A DNA stretch of 62,962 bases, the filler included, from Trichosphaerium sp. ATCC 40318 (lineage: Eukaryota > Protista > Tubulinea), in NCBI GenBank assembly GCA_038496445.1. It is 3 parts of 3 records of this genome, joined end to end, with 100 filler letters (N's around TTAATTAATTAA, not from the genome) between each part and the next. Parts side by side here need not be neighbours in the genome. Positions count along the whole stretch, not along the records: positions 1 to 29,710 come from JALMLS010000333.1; positions 29,811 to 50,439 come from JALMLS010000533.1; 1 more part is not named here. One strand, written 5' to 3'. Below the pieces are notes generated by a model. That model did not search any database and was not told where the DNA came from. It was given only the letters and a program-made list of their open reading frames with translations. Both the position numbers and the translations under genes were made by a program. Shown here piece after piece: positions 27,510 to 37,326 of this stretch (position 1 is the first letter of the stretch; each line of letters begins with the position of its first letter).

Positions 27510-28255
27510 TTGTTCACCTCAGCCACAATTAGATATTATGGTAAAAGTGCGCAGTTTTCATTGCAGAGTGTTGAAGTTTTTTGTCATTGCGTCATACACG
27601 CACTTTTATGGTACACTATTTAATCAGTGATACTGATGTAAATTGTTTTGTGCACGCATAAATGGCGAACCGTTTTTTTTTACAAAACAATGCAAAAAAA
27701 ATAGACACAACCAAAGCTACGAACTTCCCACTATATGTGTCGCTCGCTTTTAACTCCTGATAGCGTAATAGATGAAATGGGAGATTAGTTCTATAAGTAG
27801 AAACTTTTGAATACCAACTTCTAGATAAACCTCTTCTAAAAATACCAAAAAGGCAATTGACGCTATTCGTTACACAAATGCTTAAAACAAACACACAACG
27901 TTTTTTTTCAGAATTCACAAGGTCACGTTTGTCGGAAAATCGTAACGGAGCTTGATTGCAATACATTGTATCCAAGTTATTACGACATTTTTTAATGACT
28001 TAAATGACGTTTTGTACAAATTGTACTTACGCCATTATTAGCGAACATGGTCGGTTAGTTCATAGTGCTTCGTCATCACCAAGCTCATTATTTTTTTTCG
28101 CTAGTTAAGTGCGTGTGTAAAGATTTTAAGTAACACTTAAATTTTCAGTCAAGTGCCTTTCTCTTTGCTATTTTTTTGGTTTGTTAAAAGCTCGAATTCA
28201 TTTCGTTTAAATACCCTCTTATCTTAAAAAAACCGAAGCCAATAGCACGCCAGCA

Positions 28256-29710
28256 ATGTCGATTCGGTCATCATCGTCAAAACACCACCGTACACAGAGT
28301 AACTTTACAGACTATGAGCCCAATAGACGTAGAGGTAGTTCTGACTCTACTCACAGGTCCGACAGGCACTCTAGCTCAGATCGTTCATCAGGCTCAAAAC
28401 GCCGCCGGGACGACGATAGGTATCATGGGCATTCAAAGCGCAGGAGGCACTCAAAAGATAGGGACAGTAGAAGCAAAAGCGGTAGTAGAAGTGATAGACA
28501 TAGGTCAAAATCTCCACCCGCTGAACCTGTAGAGCAAGACGAAGAATACCGCCAAAGAATTGAAAAACAATTACAACTGGCCGTCACAGACGCCGAAACT
28601 GAAGAAGAAAAACGCGCACGCAAGCGTCGTGAGCGTATGGCAGCGATCAAGGCCAAACATGCGCAAAAGAAGGCCAAGGAAAGCGAAACGAAACCAGAGG
28701 AGAAAAACAACAATATAAAGAGCGAAGAGGCCACGAAAACACAGCCAGAACCCACTCCGATGGACACGGATGAACCTAAACCTTCAAAGAGGCTTCAAAA
28801 GGAGGAAGAAGACGAACCAAAACCAGAACCAGAAAAGAAAGCTGCCTCACCAAAAAAACCTGCTTTCGATCTGTTTTCTGACCAACCAGCTGACGATTTA
28901 TTTGGTGCGTGTCAAAATTTTTGTATCATTTTTTGTATTCTTTTCAGTTGTTCCTAATGTTTCTCTTGTGTAGCCTCTCAGTTATCCGATAAGACTAGAA
29001 GAAAGGGTCCTGATCCTGCAGCTGATAAAGAAGGTTACTATAAAGCACGGTACGTTCAAACAAACATCTCAGGAGAGGCGAGAAAAATGACCCTCTAAAC
29101 AACGTTTTTTTTTGAATGAAATTTTCTTTCTTTTACTTACTATGTGCTTAGTATTGGTGATATTATTGGTGGGAAATATAAAATCGTTGGGTTTCATGGT
29201 AAGGGGCAATTTGGTAATGTTTTAAAAGCTAATAACATACTTGAAAAGAACAAAGAAGTTGCTATAAAGGTATGTCTTGAATGATCTTTTTAGGCGGTTT
29301 GTGAATTTCACAAAAAGTTTTTTGCCTTTACTTTTCATTGATTAATCATTTACTTATAATTTTCTGTAGCTCCTGCGCTCGAACGATGTCATGAAGCGTT
29401 CAGGCTTTTCAGAAATTAAATTTCTAGAAGAGATCAAAAAGAAAGATCCCCACAACACCAGGAATTGTGTTTACCTTTATGAGCAGTTGCAAGAACGTGG
29501 TCACTTGTGTCTTGTGTTTGAGAACCTAGAAAAGGACTTGCGTCAATTCAGAAAGGGTTGGAAAGGAGCATTGCCATTACCTTATGTTCGTGCATACACC
29601 TTCAGACTCCTCAATGCTCTGACATTACTTGACACTCTTGGAATAATTCATGCTGACTTGAAGCCAGATAACATTTTAGTCACCAAAAAAGGAACATTAA
29701 GTTGACTTTG
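28256..29710 (+). CDS. PRP4: PRP4 (PRPF4B) spliceosomal kinase, truncated at the contig end
   Basis: RS/charged N-terminus; DKEGYYKARIGDII; GKGQFGNV; VAIK; HLCLVFENL; IIHADLKPDNILV. Confidence 0.88.
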
Positions 29711-29810
29711 NNNNNNNNNNNNNNNNNNNNNNNNNNNNNNNNNNNNNNNNNNNNTTAATTAATTAANNNNNNNNNNNNNNNNNNNNNNNNNNNNNNNNNN
29801 NNNNNNNNNN
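29711..29810. other. Artificial contig spacer (N-run with TTAATTAATTAA)
   Basis: N-run containing a linker with stop codons in all six frames. Sequences on either side are not necessarily adjacent. Confidence 0.95.
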
Positions 29811-31760
29811 AGTTTTTTGGGTACTTACATCTTGGTTGACAATCACCAGTATCAAGGAAGGCTACTTGAGCGCATGTGTCAAAATTGACTTTAAAGATAC
29901 CATTAGAATCAGTGAGGTATATGAAACCACCAACAATTTCGACTACATGCAATTAGTAAGAGATAGATTCGTTCAAAGGAAAAAAATAAGAAAACGTACA
30001 GTCAAAAGTATATTTAGGCAATAGGCATTTTTGAGTTAGTGAGCATTCATTTAAGTCAATCGCCATTAGCCTTTCCTGAAGTAAACCACCGTATAATTGT
30101 CCGGTGCTGTCATCAATACCAAAACCATATATTTCGTGAGGTACTTGACAACGTTTGTCCTTAACACATGGAGTTAAGGAAGATTTGGGTCACAGAAATC
30201 CAAAAACAAAAATTGCAAGTCGTAGTTAACGTACCACTTGGCAGGTAACTGGATCAATCGTAAAAATCTCAACAGTCTGTTCGCCAAAAGCCTTAATAGT
30301 AACCATCCTGTCTTCAAGAGGAGAATACACTAACGGACCAACAAATACTGATTCAAACTGTCGGCATGCTTAAAAACAAAGTTAGTACAGGGTCAAAAGT
30401 TGGTGCCGTACAGGTAAGTTCATTCGTAAGGTCGTTCCTATTGTATATTTCATAACTAGTGCCGCCTGAATTTAAAATAAAATCGCGGTTTGCTGGTCTT
30501 GATCCAGCAGGATTAGGTGCCAAAGTAGTAGGAGCTAATGTTGGAGGCAAAGGTGTAGGGTTGTAATTCATAGATGCTACAGATCCAGAGGCAGGCAGAG
30601 CTGTGCTGAAAACTCCCACTTCAGAAAAACTTGGAATATCAAACTCTACATAGCCACCCGTTGTACATGCTATAATTAGCGTATCACTAGAAATGGCCGT
30701 CATTCCTAAAGCACGTGTTAGAGAAAAAGTTTGGATGTTGGTTTCCATGTTGTTACCTGTAGGTCTGCAACTATCAAGAGGTGCTGTTCTTGTAGCATTA
30801 CAGTCTCCGTTTTGAAAGTTTGCAAGCTCGACTACGGTGTGCTTAAAACCATCGAAATTAAAGAATGTGTAGTAAGCAATGCCATTTACAATCTCAACTA
30901 GGGTTCAATTAGCACAATCCAAATAGAATTATACGGATAAAACAACTATTAACAAAGGAACGAAAAAAAAAAAAGACTGGGGCGCGAGCACTGTAAAACT
31001 AAAGTGTCCACTCAAAGGAAGGGGGATGTTCCGAAAAATTCTCCGAAAATTGTTTTTTCCGCATTTCTCAAAATTCTTGATTTCAAATACAGTATTCTCG
31101 AAATACAGGTATTTCCCAAATTTCGGAACATCTTCCCTCCTTTGTTTCTATTGACGTACAAGATTCTTCTACACGGCCTTGAACGCGACAGTATAATGAA
31201 TCTGTACAAGCAACTTCATCATGTGTATAAATTCCTGACGATAAAGCAAAATATGTTTGTCCGTTATCTGTTGCTAAAGAGCCAGTTCGAGTATTTCTGC
31301 TGCAGAAAGATTCCTAGGTGGAGTATTTAGATTAACAAGGCAATCAAGTCAAAAAGTCTGTTGCCAGCGGCGTACAATCTCACAAGTGTATGGATCAATA
31401 ACAAATATATTCTGCCGTAAAAAATCGGGGCTATTGTACTCTACTTTGTTCGTAATTGGATCGTACACCATTCCGTTTGTTTCATAGTGTAGAACAGGGT
31501 CTGTACAAGCTAAATACAACCGTTAGAGCGTACTACAGTAGTTGGAAAAACGGAGAAATATACTGAGGTTAGTGGCGCGCAATATGATGCGTACTTTGTA
31601 CTACAGTAGTTAGGTCGCTAAGCAGACGAATTTCAAAGCCAGGAGCGTTGTTTGTTGTATCGACTGTGCCTACAATCAATGCATTGTTTGTTTGTGCATT
31701 GATACAGATAGCAGCTATCGTAAGTAGAACGATTAAATACTTCGTAGCAGGTGCACTCAT
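29811..31760 (-). CDS. Secreted, probably beta-propeller-like repeat protein with a Pro/Thr linker, 3'-truncated
   Basis: Signal peptide MSAPATKYLIVLLTIAAICINA. A module recurs (GFEIRLLSDLT / SYEIYNRNDLT), with a PTPLPPTLAPTTLAP linker. Confidence 0.55.
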
Positions 31761-31930
31761 TGTGGTGTTTTTGAATGAATAAAGTCCTTTTACGGAACAA
31801 TTCTTGATGTACCGATTAGGCTTTGATCCAAGCATATTTAGGTCCATAGGCAGAAAGTGTAGAGTGAACATTAAGAAAGAAAGAAAGAAGCCAGTATAAC
31901 GGAGGCAGCGGACAAATTAAAAAAAGCAAT

Positions 31931-32650
31931 ATGGGTTTTCTCAGCAAGTGAGTAACCGCAGATACCGCGTACATTGGAAATTTAGTTTAAGGAGAGAATG
32001 CGCTTGACGGTTATGTCATTCCTTCTTTTGGTTATTCGCAATGCAAGGAGAGAAGAGAAAGCAACCCGACGATGGTCCGCTGAGTTCGGCGCGGTACGTG
32101 ATCGACTACCGGCGTCTTTCGTTAATAAAGTTAGGGATCAGATGATACGAGCGATACTAAAACCCCACAACCCAAAAAACGACGATTTCGAAAGGAGAGA
32201 AAGGTTTGTTGTTTTTATATCAAAAACCGCTAATTGGTGTTTTAGAGCAAGTAGGACCTTCGTTTAGCGAGTTATTGAGACCTGTAACTAAAAAACCAGA
32301 AGTAAAAAATACAGCAGCTGACTGGGCACGGCTTCGTGGTGATCCTAACGCGTCTCTTGTACGTATATTCAATGTTAAAAGAAAAATAATTGCTGTTTCA
32401 GAATGTCAAAAGATTCAGTAGGTCTGGTGTTAGTGAACGTGATGCTGAAGCATGGACAAAAACTCCAGGACAAAAAGAAACAACGTCTATTAGAGATGCA
32501 CAAAAAATGGTTGCAGAACGTATAGCTAGAGAGAAGAGAGAGCGTGAAGAAGCTGAAATTAAACAGTACAATGTACGAGCTTACAGAAATGTCATTTTTT
32601 TTTGAGTTTTATTTTATCCCGTGCAACGAATATATATGTTAACGCTAGTA
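31931..32650 (+). CDS. Small hypothetical protein, multi-exon
   Basis: ATG at 31931 and GT-AG introns link the ORF fragments at 31998, 32206 and 32390. No family recognised. Confidence 0.45.
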
Positions 32651-33226
32651 GTTCTATTGTATATATTCAATGTGGTAATAATTGTATTGCTAACAAAATT
32701 AGTCAAAACGAAAAAAAAGTGACACTTTGACACTTGAGATTCAATTTCGTGGATCTTTTTTTTTTTTGTCAATACATTATTGTGTAATACAGACCATTTG
32801 AATTCCTTTCTATTCCTCTCTTCCTCACAAAAATATGTTATGCTTTATTATTAGTGATAAAAACATTATTTTCATTCGAACTGTAAAGTTCTGTGAGGTG
32901 GAAAAAAAATCTCAATGATTTTTTGAAATTGACTGCCTGTTGGATTTTTTTCTCATATCTTAATTAGGCGTCAACGTGCAATGCAAGAGGCAGGGTTTTT
33001 GCAATCTTCATTTTCTACTGGAGGATCATAAAAATAGACCTAGTCGGCCTGTAATATAATAACTCTATTGCTTCTGTATCTGCTAAATTACGCCATAAGA
33101 GTGAATGTGAGTTTAAAATGCTTCAAATTTATGGTTGTTAAACCAAGATTAAGTGTATCAAACTGTGAACTTTCTGAATTGTTTTTCCCAATACACTTGC
33201 GTTGTTTTGTGACATAGTCAAAAAAA

Positions 33227-33313
33227 TGCAGAGAGTGGGACTCGAACCCACACGTGATTTTCATCACATTGTGTCTTGAACACAACCTCATTAACCAATT
33301 CGAGCACCTCTGC
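33227..33313 (-). tRNA. tRNA-Leu(CAA)
   Basis: Acceptor stem GCAGAGG/TCTCTGC-A, anticodon arm TTGTG-TTCAAGA-CACAA, long variable arm, T-arm GTGGG-TTCGAGT-CCCAC. It is followed directly by a T7 Pol III terminator (33220-33226). Confidence 0.92.
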
Positions 33314-33321
33314 AACGTATG

Positions 33322-33392
33322 TGGGACAACCAGGAATCGAACCTGAACTGCAGCACCTTCAATGCCATGTGCTTCCGTTACACCATTGTCCC
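33322..33392 (-). tRNA. tRNA with GAA anticodon (nominally Phe), atypical body
   Basis: GGGACAA TG GTGT AACGGAA GCAC A TGGCA TTGAAGG TGCTG CAGT TCAGG TTCGATT CCTGG TTGTCCC A. This is a complete 71-nt cloverleaf with a 4-nt variable loop. Confidence 0.8.
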
Positions 33393-33827
33393 ATTTGTTT
33401 ATATCTACTATTCAACGAGATTGCACCGGATCAAAAAGTCATGTTCCTTGACCTAGATTTTTCTACACGTTTCAAAAAGTCATGACATAATCTTGATAGA
33501 AAAACGCCTGCTTACTCAATTTGGTTAGTAGCTGAAGAGGCTGCGTCAATAGCATTTTATTTTTATACAAAGGAAAGACGTATTATCCAAGAGATAGTAT
33601 TGACAAGGAAAAATAAAGGCAAGTGTACCAACTGTAACTGTAAGGGCGACTTGTTAAATGACGTAGAACTAAGTGTACACTACGGTGTTTACTTTTTTTC
33701 GGGTGCTGGACTGTTTGTGGTGACTTTTTACCGGAGGACTAGTATGGAAAATACGTCGGGTCAGTGCACATTCCACTTAATAAAATAAAAAAGTTCCGAT
33801 AAACTAATTGGCATCACAGAATACGTA

Positions 33828-34606
33828 ATGAAGCTGCTCCTCATACTCGCTCTTTTCGCAACATTTTTGACTTATTCGTTATGTCACGTGGTAGTAAAAA
33901 GATTCTTCAACGACAATCAATGTAAAGACGCCTTACCTGGCTTCAACGAGCTTAGTAGTGACTGTTTTAATGGTGTCAGGTGGGTTTGCTTTGGTGTACG
34001 TTTCTTCTCATTACAACTTGAAACAAGCGCTAAACAGCCTATATAGCCTTTCTTCTTACGCTTCACGTTCGACGCTAGTGATTGTACTGGTAAACCAGTA
34101 GTTCGCAAGTTCTTAAAGTGGGATTGCTTTCGAGACGATTCGTTACCGGCTTCGCTTCCGCCGAGTTACATCAAGCTTACTTGTACTAGCGGTACGTAAA
34201 GTTTTTAAAGGTCTTCTTACGAAGTTTCCGGTTTGCTTATTCTTTGGTTTCAAGGCTTCACACCAATCCCAACTGACGGAAGTATGAATACCGTAGAGTT
34301 ATGGAATGGCCCTGGGTGCCAGGGAGCACCTTTTGCAACGTTCCCAACACCTTCGCTTACATGCGCAGGGCTGCCTGGTAAAAAGGAACAATCTGGATGC
34401 GATAGTTCGAAGGTATTGTGTCTGTTTGCCTACTTGCCTCTTTGATATTTTTACTTATCCACAACTTTAGTTTGTACTTGCTAGATACGCTCCAGGTGAT
34501 ACAACATGTTCTGCTACACCAATAAGTCAGATTGTAGAACCTCAAACAGGAGCATGTGTGGATCTTGACACTGGAGTCTCTATTAAGAATACTTGTACTT
34601 AGTGAA
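33828..34606 (+). CDS. Small secreted cysteine-rich repeat protein
   Basis: Signal peptide MKLLLILALFATFLTYSLC. Repeated modules FNDNQCKD / FDASDCTGKP / WNGPGCQGAP / YAPGDTTCSATP. Confidence 0.7.
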
Positions 34607-34825
34607 TATTCCCAATAAACAACTTTCACTATTAAAATGTGACTTGTTTTGATCCTGTCTTGTCGTACAACATCTCAATACTAGCCAATGTAATTTCGCA
34701 GTATCCTATACCAAAGTGCACTTGATTTTAGTCTTTAACGTCTTAAACGACAAGCAATAATATAGTCAAAACAACCAACAATTAATATGAAAATTGTCTT
34801 TTGTGTAATATATTTTTTTTTTTTC

Positions 34826-35062
34826 AAAAAAAGACACGTTGGGACTCACACAGCCGTACAGGCCTACCAGGAGTCCCCGCAGACTCTAAGTCCTGCGGCA
34901 CACCTTTACCAGACAACTGGTGGTTAGCGAAGCCAGTGTGCAGGACACCATGCCCGAGCGGCGTTAAATGTTCATATCGTTAGGCCGAACCCCCTGGCGT
35001 GGGTACCCTTCTGGGACCATATGGTACCAATATTGAACCGTGTACACTCAGCATACCTCCTT
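34826..35062 (-). ncRNA. Unassigned structured ncRNA, probably Pol III-transcribed (~235 nt)
   Basis: A GC-rich island in AT-rich DNA. On the minus strand, TATAAAAG lies about 25-30 nt upstream and a T7 run ends it. It has several strong helices: CCGCAG..CTGCGG, GGGACTC..GAGTCCC, GGTACC..GGTACC and GTTCA-ATAT..ATATGAAC. Confidence 0.65.
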
Positions 35063-35700
35063 AGTAATAACACAGGCGATTGTCCTTTTATACACCTACA
35101 AACATGGAAAAAATAAAGTATGGGATACACTTCACTGAAATATCCAGTGTACTACTCAAAATATGGATAATGCACATTTCAAAACGCTCATAGACCCTTG
35201 TAATTGCTAGTTTCATGCCTGAGATCGGTATCAGCGATATTTTTCTTTCTCAAAACGTGCTTGTAAGCGATTATTTCCTATTTTATGCTAAACGTAACTT
35301 ATGACAACGTGAAATCTCGAAAATTTTCATTTGCGTTACTTGTAAAATTACTGCTTTCGCACTTTGTTTGGAGGTACCGTTATGTACTTTAAGCCTTAAA
35401 TTAACATCTGTCGTGGTTTACAGACGTGCACGTCGCTTGTTACTTCTTAGAATCACTGTGTTTTAAGTAGCTGCCAACACACGACGTTGGAGGGGGATGG
35501 CTGTCTGTGAATCAAATAGTAGACGATAACTGTCAATTTTAGGACTTAGAAGCTTGGTTGTCGTTCTACAAAGCGCATCCCAAGGGCTAGGAGGCTCATT
35601 TTTAAACCCATGAACTCTTTTCATTGCCAGCAACTGGTGAAAAATCTGTGTGGTTTTCCTACTGACGTTTCAGGCTTAAATGTCATCCAAATTTATTATA

Positions 35701-35779
35701 CATTGCTTTTTTTTGTCATTGTAAATACGCCGTTTTTAGAGTACGGTTTGATGTTATACAAGTCATTTTAAAAGTAATG
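35701..35779 (-). promoter_or_regulatory. Eukaryotic SECIS element (form 2) in the deiodinase 3' UTR
   Basis: Minus strand reads cattactttt-aa-ATGA-cttgtataacatc-AAA-ccgt(actctaaaa)acgg-cgtatttacaa-TGA-c-aaaaaaaagcaatg. This gives helix I, the AUGA/GA core, helix II, unpaired AAA and an apical mini-stem, about 60 nt after the stop codon. Confidence 0.85.
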
Positions 35780-35838
35780 TATCATATTAAATCCTATTTT
35801 GGTTGGGTGGGTTACCTCCACTCCTTTTTTTTTTGCAT

Positions 35839-37126
35839 TTACTGGTATTTGTCTTTCAAAAAAGCTTCAAGCTCTTCAGGGTTATACCTAATCACGACAT
35901 GATTAAGAGTATGTTTTATAAGCTGTTTACTTACCCATAAGGACCTACACCAGTTTGAAAAACAATTTTTCCATCATCAACAACATACAAGCGCTGTAAA
36001 ATGTAGTCAGAGATTGTTAAGTTCATAAGAAAAAAAAATGCTTTAAGCGAACCTCTGGTCTTGCTTCCCATGCAATATCCGTCTCGTTTTCAATACAATC
36101 AATAACAATCTCGTCTTTAATACTCATCTCAGAAATCATATTCTTAAGAAGATAATGAGTACACGAATAGACGAAAAATGACTAAAAAATAAACTGTACC
36201 TTTGTTATTGCCATACGTGCTTCTAGAGTTTTAGGTTGAATATAGCATACTCCATCCGATTCATTAGAATCTAGTGACCATTCATCAGATGAATGTGCCT
36301 CCACTATATACACAACAAGGTAATCAACCTTATAGCCGAGTCAGTAAATGTTTCGAAAATGGTTTACAAAAAGTTATTATTTGGTAGACCTGGTACACAA
36401 ATCTTAACGTCATTTACCGCTCCTGAAAAAGGCTGTGTCCACACTTTTTAAGTTGACCAAAGAAGAAAACACAGACATTTCAAGGACACTGTTTGAAAGA
36501 CAAAAAAAATGTCCAAGATTTTTGATGAAATGTTTTACAAAACAAGTTATGTCAGTTTCTTAAGTATAGGCGAACCTTGTTTTTGTAAGATGCAGCAATT
36601 TTAGAAATATGCTGCAAGTGAAGGCGAAATGGTGGTCTAAAAAAATAAGAATTCTGTGAGTGACAACTTTGGTTTAAAGTAAAGTCGGAAAATAAATAAA
36701 ACGGAGTGTAAAATAATACCAGGTGTAGCTTCCAAAGTTGATCAATATAGGTCTATTACGCGTAATCACTGACAGAAAGTCCATTTCTTTACCGTTTAAA
36801 TCAAAAACTACACCGTTAAAAAAAGTCAGCTCAGTCGCTCTACAAAAACGGTACCTCTTCCTCCTGGTGCTTGATCACCTACTTTAACTGTAGGATTATG
36901 TAGATTTTTCATGTATGTAGTTTTTAAAGCACTTCCACGCTTTTCAAGCATTTCTATCATATTTTGCTTCTTTATGTGCTCCTTTAGGTATATTAGAGCT
37001 AACGGTTTACAACACAACAAAACGAACCTTTACTTGTTCGACTGTCATGCTATTTAAACGCTTTTGTAGGCCTCCACGCCATCTCTTACTTGCCGCAGCA
37101 CACTTAGGCGGAACGCTTGCCGCCAT
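35839..37126 (-). CDS. Iodothyronine deiodinase-like selenoprotein (thioredoxin fold)
   Basis: Spliced protein VKVGDQAPGGRVFDLNG..NRPILINFGSYT-U-PPF..DYLVVYIVEAHSSDEW..QPKTLEAR..WEARPERLYVVDDGKIVFQTGVGPYGYNPEELEAFL. The TGA is formed by TG (36721-36720) plus A (36636) across an 83-nt GT-AG intron. Confidence 0.92.
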
Positions 37127-37326
37127 AGTTTTCCCTGTTTGTTAGTTTAAGTGACTTTAAATGACTAGAACTTTAACCCTTTCCGGAATTCGTCCGCTTT
37201 ACGCTCGGAAAGAGTTCTACCGGTCTACGCGGCGGCTATAGAAACTAGTCATGCTTGAAAGGGATGTTGTACATTTTATTTTCGCGAGGAATAAAAAATT
37301 CGTCAAAAATGGAAGGTGAAATAATT

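Noticed and set aside
29696-29710. Premature stop in the PRP4 kinase (GTLS*)
   Set aside because: It lies at the contig edge where LKL.DFG is expected, so it is probably an end-of-contig sequence error.
29755-29766. TTAATTAATTAA palindrome inside N-runs (also at 50484-50495)
   Set aside because: It is an artificial six-frame-stop contig linker, not biological. Synteny across it is meaningless.
34826-35062. Assignment as RNase MRP, an HDV-like ribozyme or a cobalamin riboswitch
   Set aside because: Only short partial matches exist (GTCCCC, ATGGTCCCAG). The required partner motifs are missing or misplaced.
35052-35063. Perfect Shine-Dalgarno-like TAAGGAGGT followed by ATG on the minus strand
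   Set aside because: There is no spacer before the ATG, the context is eukaryotic and no convincing ORF follows. It is better explained as the 5' end of the ncRNA.
35462-35624. Short minus-strand ORF MKRVHGFKNEPPSPW between the SECIS and the ncRNA
   Set aside because: It is about 53 codons long, with no recognisable motif or splice support.
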